DNA of 64,000 nucleotides from Pristiophorus japonicus. Lineage: Eukaryota. Positions 49,362 to 62,449 of this stretch are shown in pieces. Numbering within the stretch: position 1 is the first letter of the stretch; each line of letters begins with the position of its first letter. Below the pieces are notes generated by a model, which was not told the origin of the DNA, ran no database searches, and saw nothing but the letters and a program-made list of their open reading frames with translations. The translations under genes were made by a program, and so were the position numbers. The stretch spans positions 319,424,001-319,488,000 of the forward strand of contig NC_091979.1 of NCBI RefSeq assembly GCF_044704955.1, written 5' to 3'.

Positions 49362-49366
49362 ATGAG
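49362..49366 (+). CDS. IFIT: IFIT copy 3 coding exon 1 (ATGAG|GTAAAG)
   Basis: Homologous to the other first exons. The intron spans 49367-55525. Confidence 0.83.
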
Positions 49367-51446
49367 GTAAAGATCATTATAATAACTTCTGTATTTAATT
49401 TTACATGTAGACTATCGATCAAGGAACTAGTTTTCAGAAATAAAGTAGCTTACATTACAAAGCAGTTGAAATGCAGAGAGCTGGGATTAGTGGCTCACAG
49501 TGAGACACACAGATAAGGGAACACTGCTGCACCAAGACTGGTGATAGTCAGTAAACATGAGGCAAAAGGCAGACCTGTTCATAGGATTATAACTCAAACA
49601 AAAATTTACATTATTTTGGACTGGGCTCTGTTGAAAGTACAAAGTTAAACTTGAATATTATACTGTCGTGGAAAGGCGCATTCTGTAAGTGCCCTCAGGT
49701 CATATGCAGAGTTTGAAGAAAGAAAGTTTCACTTTGTGTTCCATGGGAATCTAGAAGGGATCTACTAATGTAAAATAGTGATTTCCAGCACTTTCATATA
49801 TCCAAACTAAAGCAACCTGAACTATAAAGCAAAGGGAGAGTACAGCATGGACTGGGATGGGGGGATGGACACAGCATGAAATGCAGGAGGAGAGTGCCAG
49901 CTTAAAGTGTGTAGGAGAAGGAAAAGTGCTGACTTACATTGAGAATGGGAGCAGGGGGAGAAGAGTGCTGACATGAACTGGGGGAAAGGACAGGTGCAGC
50001 AGTTTGAACGGAGCAGCAAAGGGAGGAAAGCCACCATGAACTGGGGCAGGGGTAAGAATGACAGCTTGGATTGTGGGGGGAGGGAGACGAGAGCCAACAG
50101 GAACAAGAGGCAGGCGGAGTAGAGTGCAAGGAGAAGCTGGAATGGCTGGGGGATGAAATGTATCGACGTGAGTTTAACAGCAAGGAAGAAAGAATTTGTG
50201 TTGATGTAACACCTTATCACACCTCTCAGAAATGTCCCAAAGTAGTTCACATTCAGTGAATTATTTTGCAGTGTAGTCAGTTGTTTTGTCGGGAAATGTG
50301 ACAGCTCAGTTTGCACAATAACAACAACTGGCATTTATATAGCGCCTTTAACCTCGGAAAACATTCCAAGGCGCTTCACAGCAACGTAATCAGACAACAA
50401 TGGACACCGAGGTAAAGAAGGAGATACTTAGAGGGTGGGGTAGATTTTAAGGAGATCTTAAAGGAGGAGAATGAGGTGGAGAGGTTCAGCGAGGGAATTC
50501 CAGAGTACCGGGCCTGTCTGGGCTGATGGCTCAGCCACCATCGGTGGGTGCAGTGGGGGATGGACACGAGCCCGAGTTAGAGGAACACAGAATTCACAGA
50601 GGATTATAGAACTGAAGGAGGTTACGGGGATACGGAGGGGTGAGGCTGTGAAGGGATTTGAACACCAGGATGAGAATTTTAAATGTGAGACATTGGTGGA
50701 TCAGGACCCAATGTAGGTCAGCGAACACATGGATGGGTGAGCGGGACTGGTGCAGCTAGCAGAGTTTTAGATGGGCTGACATTTATGAAGGGTGGAAGTT
50801 GGGAATCCGGCCAGGAAAACATTGGAGTATCCGAGTCAGGTGGTGAAATTAAATGGATGAGCCAGGGGTGGATCAGGTGATTGGGTGGATGTAGACGGTC
50901 TTTGCGATGGAGAGGTTTTGGGCTCGGAAGCTCAGCACACAGCATGTTCCCAAAAATAGCAACAAGATGAAAGACCACCCAATCTGTTTCTGGTGGTGTT
51001 GCTCCAGGGAAGAATATTGGAAAATACAACTCCCTGCCTTTCTTCAAATAGTGCCATAGAATCCTTAATGTCCCCCTGAACCACTGGGACAGGCAGATGC
51101 TGCCTTGGTTTAACATCTTGCCTGGACGATGGTGTAGTGGAAGATTTGCAGCAGGGTAAGAGTCAATGCTGAAAATACCATTGTAATGGGCCTGCTTTTC
51201 AGTTTCTGCATGTTGGAGTGAGGAATGATCTAGGTCAGAGACAGCAGGGTCCCTGTGGAGGACCAGGTTAGAGATCCTATTTAGTAGTGAATTATTGGAC
51301 TGCCAATGTGAGAGGGAGAGCGTTTTAGAATTAGCACTGACCTTTTTAGTGAGGTGAGTCCAATTGTGGAATGGAATACTAGAATGAGAAGGAGATGTAA
51401 TTGGTGAACCAAGAGGCAGACCGAGTAGTTCAACCAATCCTACTGT

Positions 51447-54400
51447 TTGTTGCAGTAATTAATTCAAATTCGATCCGTGGTCAGGTACAGGAGGATGTGA
51501 CTACGAGTGAGGAAGGTATGAGGACTCAGGATGGAGTGATGGAGGAGCATCAGCCCATGCTCTTTTCCAACAGGTTCGAGGCTCTTACTCCCTGTATGGA
51601 CATGAGCAGGGACTGCAGGAAGAATGAGCAAACTGACTACAGCACCGTGGTACAGGGGGAGTAAAAGAAATGTTGTAGTGGTGGGGACAGTATCATTAGG
51701 GGGACAGATAAGGTTCACTGCAGCCAAGAGCGTGAGTCCCGAAGGCTGTGTTGCCGGCCCGGTGTCAGGGTTAATGACATCTCCTCAGGGCTGGAGAGGA
51801 ATTTGGAGTGGGAGGGGGAAGATCCAGTTGTCATGGTCCACTTGGGTACCAACGACATAGATAGGACCAAGACAGAGGTTCTGCTGAGAGAGTATGAGCA
51901 GCTAGGGGCCAAATTAAAAAGCAGAACCACAAAGGTAATAATCTCTGGATTAGGAAAAGGGGAGGTGCAACGAGACCTGGGTGTCATGGTACGTCAGTCA
52001 TTGAAAGTTGGCATGCAGGTACAGCAGGCGGTGGTATGTTGGCCTTCATAGCGAGGGGATTTGAGTACAGGGGCAGGGAGGTCTTACTGCAGTTGTACAG
52101 GGCCTTGGTGAGGCCTCACCTGGAATATTGTGTTCAGTTTTGGTCTCCTAATCTGAGGAAGGACGTTCTTGCTATTGAGGGAGTGCAACAAAGGTTCACC
52201 AGACTGATTCCAGGGATGGCAGGACTGACATATGAGGAGAGACTGGATCAACTGGGCCTGTATTCACTGGCATTTAGAAGATTGAGAGGGGATCTCATAG
52301 AAACATATAAAATTCTGACGGGATTGGACAGGTTAGATGCAGGAAGAATGTCCCCGATGTTGGGGAAGTCCAGAACCAGGGGTCACAGTCTAAGGATAAG
52401 GGGTAAGCCATTTAGGACTGAGATGAGGAGAAACTTCTTTACTCAGAGAGTTGTTAACCTGTAGAATTCCCTACCGCAGAGAGTTGTTGAGGCCAGTTCA
52501 TTGGATATATTCAAGAGGGAGTTAGATATAGCCCTTACAATTAAAGGGATCAAGGGGTATGGAGAGAAAGCAGGAAAGGGGTACTGAGGTGAATGATCAG
52601 CCATGATCTTATTGAATGGTGGTGCAGGTTCGAAGGGCTGAATGGCCTACTCCTGCACTTATTTTCTATGTTTCTATGTTTCTATTCCTACCCGAGCCAT
52701 GAGCAAATTTATATAGGGTAAATAAGATCAGCGAGTTAAACACGTGGCTCAAAGACTGGTATGGGAGAAATGGGTTTTGGTTCATGGGACACTGGCACCA
52801 GTACAGTGGTCAGAGGGAGCTGTTCCATTGGGACGGGCTCCACACTTAGACTGTGCTGGGACTAGGGTCCTGGCAAATCAAATAACTAGGGCTGTAGAGA
52901 GGGCTTGAAGCTGATTCGGGTGAGCGAAAATTTAAAAAGTCAAAGAATAAGGAAAAGGCAATAGATCAAAGTTGCACTGGGGGAAATGAAAACCAGAGAG
53001 TGCCAGGAAGGGACAGAATGCATAAACATAAAGGTGTATCAGAAAGTGGGGTCAAAGTTGGAAAAAATGGTAATTTAACAAAAGAGATGGGGTGATGGCA
53101 TAAATAGATACAAATGCATATGATATGATAGCCATTTCAAAACCGTGGTTGCAAGGTGACCAAGACTGGGAACTAGATATTCAGGGGTATTTGACAATTC
53201 GGAAGGATAGACAGAAAGGAAAAAGCCGTAGAGTGGCTCTATTAATAAAGGCTGAGATCAGTGCATTAGTGAGAAACGATATTGGCACAGAAGATCAAGG
53301 TATTGAATCAGTTTGGGTGGAGAGAAGGAATAATAAGGAGAAAAAGTCGCTGGTGGGTGTAGTCTATAGGCCCCCTAACAGTAGCTACACTGTTGGATGC
53401 AGCATAAATCAAGAAATAATGGAGGCTTGTAATAAAGGAACGGCAATAATCATGGGTGATTTTAAAGTTCATATTGATTGGACAAAGCAAAATAGCCAGG
53501 GTAGCCTAGAGATAGAGTTCATAGAGTGTATCCAGGATGGTTTCCTTGAACAGTACATTGCGGAACCAACCAGGGAGCAGGCTATCTTAGTTCTGGTACT
53601 GTGTAATGAGACATGATTAATAAATGATCTCATAGTAAAGGATCCTCTAGGAATGAGTGACCATCAATCAATTGAATTTCAAATTCAGTTGGAGGGTGAG
53701 AAAGTTGGTTCTCAAACCAGAGTCCTTAGCATAAATAAAGGAGACTACAAAGGTATGAAGGCAGAGTTGGCTAAAGTGGACTGGGAAAATAGATTAAAGT
53801 ATGGGACAGTTGATGAGCAGTGGCAGACATTTAAGGAGATATTTCATAACATGCAACAAAAATATATCCCAATGAGAAGGAAAGACTGTAAGAGAAGGGG
53901 TAACATCCGTGGCTAACTAAGGAAATAAGGAATGGTATCAAATTGAAAAGAAGGGCATACAATGTGGCCAAGATTAGTGGGAGGCCAGAGGACTGGGAAA
54001 CTTTTAAAATCCAGCAAAGAAGGTCTAAAAAAATGATAAAGAGAGGGAAGATAGATTATGAAAGTAAAATAGCACGAAACATAAAAACAGATGGTAAGAG
54101 TTTCTACAGGACCATAAAAAGGAAAAGAATGGCTAAAGTAAATGTTGGTCCCCTAGAAGATGAGACGGGGGAATTAATAATGGAGAACAGGGAAATGGCA
54201 GAGACGTTGAACAAATATTTTGTATTGGTATTCAAGGTAGAAGACACTAAAAACATCCCAATATTGGATAATCAAGGGGCTATAGGGAGGGAGGAACTTA
54301 ATACAATCACTATCACTAATGAAGTAGTACTTGGTAAAATAATGGGACTAAAGGCAGACAAGTCCCCTGGACCTGATAGCTTACAGCCTAGGGTCTTAAA

Positions 54401-55249
54401 AGAAGTGGGCAAAAATTTTGCAGATCGAGTATAATGTGGAAAAATGTGAGGTTATCCACTTTGGCAGAAAAAATGGAAAAGCAAATTATAATTTAAATGG
54501 AGAACAATTGCAAAGTGCTGCAGAACAGGGGGATCTGGGGGTCCTTGTGCATGAAACACAAAAAGTTAGTATGCAGATACAGCAAGTAATCAGGAAGGCA
54601 AATGGAATGTTGGCCTTTATTGCAGGGGGGATAGAGTATAAAAGCAGAGAAGTCCTGCTATGGATGTACAGGTATTGGTAAGGCCATACTTGGAGTACTG
54701 GAGTGCAATTTTGGTCTCCGTATTTAAGGAAGGATATACTTGCATTGGAGGTTGTTCAGAGAAGGTTCACTCGGTTGATTCTGGAGATGAGGGGGCTGAC
54801 TTATGAAGAAAGGTTGAATAGGTCGGGCCTATACACATTGGAGTTCAGAAGAATGAGAGGTGATCATATCGAAACATGTAAGATCATGAGGGGGCTCGAC
54901 AAGATGGATGCAGAGAGGATATTTTCACTCTTCGGGGAAACTAAAACTAGGGGACATAGTCTCAGAATAAGGGGCCGCCCATTTAAAACAGAGATGAGGA
55001 GGAATTTCTTCTCAGAGGGTTGGAAATCTATGGAATTCTCTACACCAGAGAGCTGTAGAGGCTGGGTCATTGAATATATTTAAGATGGAGATAGACAGAT
55101 TTTTGAGCGATAAGAGAATAAAGGTTTATGGGCAGTTGGCAGGGAAGTGGAACTGAGTCCATGATCAGATCAGCCATGATCTTATTAAATGTTGGAGCAG
55201 GCTCAAGGGGACAGGTGGCCTACTACTGCTCCTATTTGTTATGTTCTTG
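51447..55249 (+). mobile_element. CR1 (ORF1 plus internally deleted ORF2) in the copy 3 intron, with a nested CR1 3' fragment at about 51951-52686
   Basis: VMVHLGTND, GVVYRPPN, IMGDF, SDHQ, KSPGPD and QFWSPY. Flanks match contiguous sequence of the copy 1 intron (about 5110-5145). Confidence 0.9.
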
Positions 55250-55525
55250 TATCATTGGGAGTGGAGGTGTTTGAGGTGATGCTGCACATTGGGTGAGAAG
55301 TCTAAATGGCCACGAGCTGGTACATCAGCCAGCATGAAGGAGACCAGTGTAAGTACAGCTGAGATTTGCAGTCATCCCTTTACCGTTAGCAGTGGTTTTT
55401 GCAGAGATTTCATGGTCAGTGGGTCCAGGAGTCGGGAGAAGGCTTTAGTTAAAGAAACCGGAGAGAGGGGAGGGGGTGACACAGCCAGTCTGAGACGGGT
55501 TTTGATGAATTTTGTTCTCTTGCAG

Positions 55526-56978
55526 CAACACACAGAAGGATTTGTTGAAAGTGAGTCTCGATTGGCTTCAATGTCACTTCACATGGGGCCCACAGAAAGA
55601 AAACATTGACTTGGACGACATGAAGTATAGATTGCAAGATTCAATACAGGCTGGTGTGAAATATCAGGCCAGGTCTTACAACCACCTCGCTTTTGTAAAC
55701 TGTCTGCAAGGCAACTGTGAAGAGGCAATTCAAAACTTAAAGGAAGCTGAAAAGATTCTGAGGGAGAACCATGAACATGAATTTGAAAGAAGAAGCATCA
55801 TCACCTATGGAAACTATGCCTGGGTATATTATCACATGGGCCAACTGACAGAGGCCCAGTCCTACCTCGACAAGCTGGAGATGATCTGTAAACAATTTAC
55901 TGATGGCTCTCGGTATACAGCACTGATACCTGAAGTATACGGGGAGAAGGGTTGGTCACTGTTGAAATCTTCCAGGAAATATTATGAAGAGGCAAAGGAA
56001 TGTTTTGAGAAGGCTCTGGAGGAAGATCCTGATGACACTGAATGGAACGTTGGCTATGCGACTGTTCTGTTCCGTCTGGAAGGGTTTTCTAGTACCCCAG
56101 AGAGTGGTGACCGCAGCCAATCAGTGAAGCGGTTACAACGTGTGCTGGAACTTGATCCAGATGACTCTGTAGCCATGGTAATGTTGGCTCTAAAACTACA
56201 AGAGTTCAATCAAAAGGAGGAAGCACTGAAATTAGTTGAACAAGCATTGCAGAAGTCCCCTGATCTTCCATATGTAACTCGTTACGCAGCAAAATTTTAC
56301 AGAAGAGAAGGAAATGTGGAAAAAGCTGTGGAGCTATTGAAGAAAGCATTAGAAATTAGCCCAAACTCAACCTTCATACACCACCAAATAGGTCTGTGTT
56401 ACAGAAAAAAACTATTTCAACTGATCAAATATCCAGGCAGCAAAGACCCTCGCAATGCTGCTTTTCAACAGAAAGCTGAGTTGATCAAACTATGCAAGTA
56501 CCATTTTGAAAAGGCATTTGAGCCCCGCCCATTAACATTTATTTGTGCACAACTGGATTTTGCAGAAATCTGTTCATTAAATGGAGAATATCTCAAAGCA
56601 GAGGAGATTTACAGTAATCTACTGAAATTAGATGATTTTCATCCTGATAATAAGCAGGCAGTATATGCGCAGTTTGGGTTATATGAAATGCATCACAAAA
56701 GATCTGAATCAAATGCCATCAGCTATTTTCTGGAAGGACTTAAAATCCAACGTGATACAGTGGAATGGCAATTGTGTCGCGAAAACTTGAGAAAGATTGC
56801 AACAAAACAAATTGACAGGAATCCCAGAGACAGCAAGGCCTTTGGTGTTCTTGGGTTACTGCACCAGCTGGATGGGGAGAAGTGTGAAGCTATTGAGTGC
56901 TTTGAAAAGGCCTTGGAGTTTGATTGTGACAATGAAGAATATCTAAGTGCTCTTTGTGAATTACGCCTTTCTATCTAA
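55526..56978 (+). CDS. IFIT: IFIT family protein copy 3, exon 2 (485 aa spliced)
   Basis: Intact ORF with IFIT motifs, acceptor ttgcag|C and a TAA stop. Confidence 0.96.
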
Positions 56979-59219
56979 ATCAACGACTCTCCCAGCTAAA
57001 ACTAAACACAGCGGGTAGAGTTTCTGCTTTGGGTGCAAATTGCACTTGAAGTTACGCTGGTTAGCTTACAGTTTAAGTTTCCACTAAATGCATTTGCTTA
57101 ATTACAAACGTAAAATCTTCCAAGAACCAGTGCAGTCAGTCAGTGTAACAGAATATAATCAGTTATTTTTTGCATTAAAAATATTCATTGATATATTTAA
57201 GAGTGGCAATTGGTGCAGCTTTATTGATACAGCTGAAAATGGATGTAACCTGCAAAATTAAATATTTTTAGTCAGTCTTTCAGCTGTGCTTTACCTGATT
57301 TAAGGTGATGTAAATGGCTTTAAAATCTATACTGAACCAGTTATAAGTTTTATTGTTGTACACTAGTCAGACTTTTAATAATTTAAATATTTTTAAGATG
57401 TAAAACCTATTAAATTGTGCCTACTAGTGCCTGGGCACCTCAGAAAACCAGCTCAATTTGAAAACGCTCCTCGAAAGGTTGCAAATGGACGCAATGGGCG
57501 GAAACTCACCATCCTCGTTATTTCTATCTGGGGGTGTGACCAGTTTTGTGGGCGGCGCCAGCTTCGGACAGAAAGCTTTTTAAACCAGGGTTAAAGATCC
57601 CGGAAATCTCGGTTGATGCTTGACAGAACTTATGCTCGAGTTTCTGCGATCTTTTACACTGGTTCGGCCGATTTCACCCGGATTGTGCAATTTCCCTGCT
57701 ACACGGGATGGCCGGTATCATGCCTGAAGAAAGATTAATTTCTCTCTCTCTCTGTGTAACGAGCCGCCCGCAGCTCCCTGATTTGCAGCCTCTTCAATGG
57801 ATGGGGAACAACAGCCTGTCGGGTGAAGCAACAACCGCGGGCCCTTTGCTCAATAAAACCTGGCGGGACAGCATCAGAGTCCTGAATAAGAGATGAATTA
57901 TTGTTTGGTGGGGGACAGGATGAGTGCCAGTGCTCCTTCAGAATAATGTGGGCTTAATTTTATTCATCCCACTGCTGACAAGGAGCCTCAGTCATTGACA
58001 TTGTTAAAACGGGATGGTCGGTATCACGCCTGAAGAAAGATTATGTTCTCTCTCTCCCTGTAACGAGCCGCCCGCAGCTCCCTGATTTCCTGCCTCTTCA
58101 ATGGAAGCGGTTAATTTCCACCACGGCTAAGGGATATAAAAATAAGTTAAAATGATGAAAAATAATAAAGCTTTATAGTTGCAGATACAGATTTCTCAAT
58201 GAGAAATGTTAATTTGCTGTAATATCAGAGATTGAGTGTTAAAATAACCAATAAAAAGATACTACAACTACAATTTTATTTGTGTCATTGATCTGTGCTA
58301 ATGCTGACAGTAAGTGTCACTCATAATCCACACTTTGTGATGGTGAACTGTACCAGCTCTGTAAGGAACATTCAGACCAGCCTTTAACACAGGCAGTAAA
58401 CTGAACAGCTGTTGATTGTGGAGTGACACATGGCCCTTACACTGCTAGCTGTAGCCACAGTGCTATTAGAGAAAGGTGAGGGAGGAATAGTTGGGAAGAT
58501 CCAGAGGAATGGGACAATGGAAGAATCTAACATTGGGAGAGGCTGCAGACGCCTCACATCATATTTAGACCTATTGGAAAAGCAGCCCCTGGAAGGGTTC
58601 AGCTTTTCTGTGGAGGTATTGTCCCAGGTCTGTGCAATGCTGGAAACTAGTTTTAAGGTATTGGAGGGGCTGCACAGACACCTGTGTGTGGGAGGGCGGA
58701 GGTGGGGGGGGGTAAATTGGACAGCCCCGAAGACATAAGAACATTCAAAATCAGAGCAGGAGGAGGCCATTTGGCCCTTCGAGCCTGCTCCGCCATTCAA
58801 TGAGATCATGACTGATGTACCTCAATTCCACCTTCCCGCACTATCCCCATATCCTTTAATTCCCTTTATTCCCAAAATTTTATCGGCCTCTGTCTTGAAT
58901 ATACTCAACGACTGAGCATCCACAGCTCTCTGGGGTAGAGAATTGCCAAGGTTCACACCCCTTTGAGTGAAGACATTTCTCCTCATCTCAGTCCTAAATT
59001 GCCTATCCCTTATTCTGTGACTGTGACCCTGTGTTCGAAATTCCCCAGACAGGGAAAACATTTACCCAGCATTAACCCCCCAGCATTAACCCTGTCAAGC
59101 CCCGTAAGAATTTTATATCTTTCAATTTTTCAATTGTGTGAAAACAAATTATCTTTTTTTCACGGGGAACTCTTTTTGGAGCAAGGGAAGAACATTTCCG
59201 GTCAAAAGGACTGCTTCTC

Positions 59220-59705
59220 CCGCTACAATCCCCGGCCGAAAGGACTGTTCCCCACTGGCTGGACCCACTACAATCTCCCGAAAGGACTGTTCCCCACCGG
59301 CTGGACCCACTACAATCCCCCCGAAAGGACACTTCCCCCACCGGCTGGACCCAGTACAATCCCCTGAAAGGACTGTTCCCCACCGGCTGGACCCAGTACA
59401 ATCCCCTGAAAGGACTGTTCCCCACCGGCTGGACCCAGTACAATCCCCTGAAAGGACTGTTCCCCACTGGCTGGACCCACTACAATCCCCCCGAAAGGAC
59501 TGTTCCCCACCGGCTGGACCCACTACAATCCCCTGAAAGGACTGTTCCTCACCGGCTGGACCCACTACAATCCCCTGAAAGGACTGTTCCTCACCGGCTG
59601 GACCCACTACAATCCCCCCGAAAGAACTGTTCCCCACCGGCTGGACCCACTACAATCCCCCCGAAAGGACTGTTCCTCACCGGCTGGACCCACTACAATC
59701 CCGGA
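59220..59705. repeat. 42-43-bp minisatellite, about 11 units
   Basis: Same unit as 33590-34925. Confidence 0.93.
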
Positions 59706-60589
59706 CTGAATGGCCCCCCCGGTCACCCTGCGAGTTGAAGTTCAGGAGCCGGAGGGCCATTCGGCCGGAGATTGCACCGGGTCCCGCCGGTGGGGAGCAG
59801 TCCTTTCAGGGGAGTGGGTTTCAGCTTGCATCAGCGTCTCTGGTTGTCCTGGCAACTTCAGCTTTTTGCGCATGCCCAGAGAGTTTTTACCGTAGACTTG
59901 TAGCTCCGCCCCAAACTAACTTCGGAGAGCGTTGCACCAAATTCAAATATTTCTTTGACGAAAGTCCCAATTTTTTTTCTCTGCCGCAAACGCACAGAAA
60001 AAAATCATACATTAACATGTGTGGGCATCAAAAATCCAGCAAATAGAAAATAGGGGCCTTTATCTCTCTGCAGCCTCTTTGTGTGCTCCTCTCAGCTTGC
60101 TTTCCCACCTAACTTTGTATCATCAGCAAAGTTGGATACGTTTTACACTGTCCCTTCATCGAAATCATTAATATAGATTGTAAATAGCTGAGGCCCAAGC
60201 ACTGAACCTTGTGGTACCCCTCTAGTCACAGCCTGCCAAACTTAAACATTCTTGGTTATTCCTACTCTCTGTTTTCTGTCCATTAACCAGTTTCAATCCA
60301 TGCTAATATATTACCCCCAATACCATGAGACGTAATTTTGTGTAATAACCTCTGGTGTGACACCTTATCGAATGTTTTTTGAAAATCCAAATACACTACA
60401 CCCACTGGTTTCCCCCTTATCCATCCTGCAAGTTACATCTTCAAAAAACTCAAAACAGATTTGTCAAACACGATTTCCCATTCATAAAAGATGGATGCAG
60501 GGATCATGAAGTGCGATTAACCTGTGGCTGTTGATTGCAATGCAGGCAGCAAGTCAACTTTGTGCTGCCTGCTCATTTGAATGATCTGT

Positions 60590-61990
60590 GTATCCAACTA
60601 GTGCTAACCACACAACAGGGGAGCTAGCGGGCACCAAGTTTGTCGGATGGAGAACTGGAGGTCTTGTTGGAGGAGGTGGAAAGGAGGCGAGATGTTCTGT
60701 ATCCACAGTGGGGCCGGAGGCCCTCCAGACACACGGTCAAAAGGAAGTGGAAGCAGATAGTCGTGGCAGTCAGTGCCCGGAGTCAAGCCCCGAGGACCTG
60801 GATACAGTGCTGCAAGAAGTTCAATGACCTCACATGAGTGGTCAAGGTCAGTGAATGCATCTTCAAATGCCATGTCTTCCCAACTGCAACACGAGCCACA
60901 CCCACTGCTCAATTCACCACATCCCCATCACTCACCTACCAACAATCTCTCCAACAACCAACAGGCCTCATACCTCACATCCGTAGCTTCACTTCGCCCT
61001 CACACACTGAACTCCGACATCTCACAGCTTGCACACTCAGCCAGCTATTCAACCATGACAGCCACATCAGCCAAACAGTTTGCACGAAAGTCACTGACAC
61101 GCTTCCCTCTCTCTCACTGGACAAGGTGGCATACAACCAAATGCAGCAGGTGCTAACTGGAGGGGACAGGCGCGTCTACATGTCCTCACACCCGTGGAGG
61201 AGATGGTGCTGGCCTTTATTGAGATGCCCAAAGTTGAACAAGTGGCCAGCGACAGGGCTAAAACCATCCCATTTTCCTCTCATCCCACAAGCTGATTTAC
61301 AAGCTGCAGATGGTGTAAGCACGTACCTCTTACTTTCCCCTCACTTCCTTGCACCACAACTTATTCTTGTGCCTTTTTCCTTTCAGATACACAAGAGTTG
61401 CAATCTGCCCAGGCAGTGGAGGAACAGCAAGAAGAGAGTGACCGTCACTTGATTTCACACTCACAGCCACCGGCTCAGACACTGACACTGCTATGTTAGA
61501 GGATAGATTAGAGGCGGGATCTGCACGTGGTGAGACACCGGGCACGTGTGGGTTGCAGCCAGGGCAGGTGGCAAGGATAGCACAGGTGCCAGCTCACCGG
61601 AGGGCGAGGGCACAGACAGGTTTCGTTGCCGAGGACTCAGATACGGAGTTCGATGGGGCAGCCTACAGAGGAACGCTGATGGGTTTGCACAATGAAGGCT
61701 TGGTGCATTGGCAGGCCTGCCAGAAAGCCTGCAGTCAATGTCACGGAGCATGGAGGGGTCTTCACCAGCTTGGCACAGGGCATGGAAGTGGTGGCAAACT
61801 CTGTTCGCACACTTGTGGACCCAACCATGATGCAGCATCTGATGGCCAGTGTCACCACTTCCATTGCAGCAGAAGCAGCTATCCATCCTCTGAACTGTGC
61901 AGCCAACTAACCCGCCTCTGCTCGGGCCCACAAAGACCCCAGAACATCCTGACTATACTCCTCCCGCACCCTGTCTCAGGTGATAGCCTC
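60590..61990 (+). mobile_element. Harbinger Myb/SANT gene remnant (empty-site paralogue)
   Basis: ORF 60640-60837 carries the Myb/SANT motif. ACACCCACTG occurs once, at 60898-60907. Confidence 0.8.
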
Positions 61991-62037
61991 CTAAATGAAT
62001 GTTAATTGGGATCCTATTATGTAGACTTTATTGTCTG

Positions 62038-62147
62038 GAATGGGGTACTGAAGTTGCATGTTCAGCCATGAACTCATTGAATGGCGGTGCAGGCTAGAAG
62101 GGCCGAATGGCCTACTCCTGCACCTATTTTCTATGTTTCTATGTCTA
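62038..62147 (+). mobile_element. Short 5'-truncated CR1 insertion with a TGTCTG TSD
   Basis: CR1 3' terminus with a TTCTATGT tail. TGTCTG at 62032-62037 and 62148-62153. Absent from the paralogue (38640-38645). Confidence 0.9.
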
Positions 62148-62449
62148 TGTCTGACTTCCTCTTTCATAATTGTCAAGAATTAATTCATTCACTCAATAGC
62201 TCATGCAGATCCTCATTGGAGGTTGATAGTGTAAATGCTAATACATTCTGAACTGGTTAATGTTAGTTTTGTGAGTTAAATTCTAATCAGCAGCAGCATT
62301 GGAGGAGGGACAAGATTTAAACAGCAGAGGAGAGACCAGTGTGGACCTAATCAGCAGCAGCATCTGAGGAGGGGCAAGATTTGATCAGCAGAGGAGAGAC
62401 CAGCGTAAACCTAATCAGCAGCAGCATTGGAGGAGCAGAGAGGAGAAAA

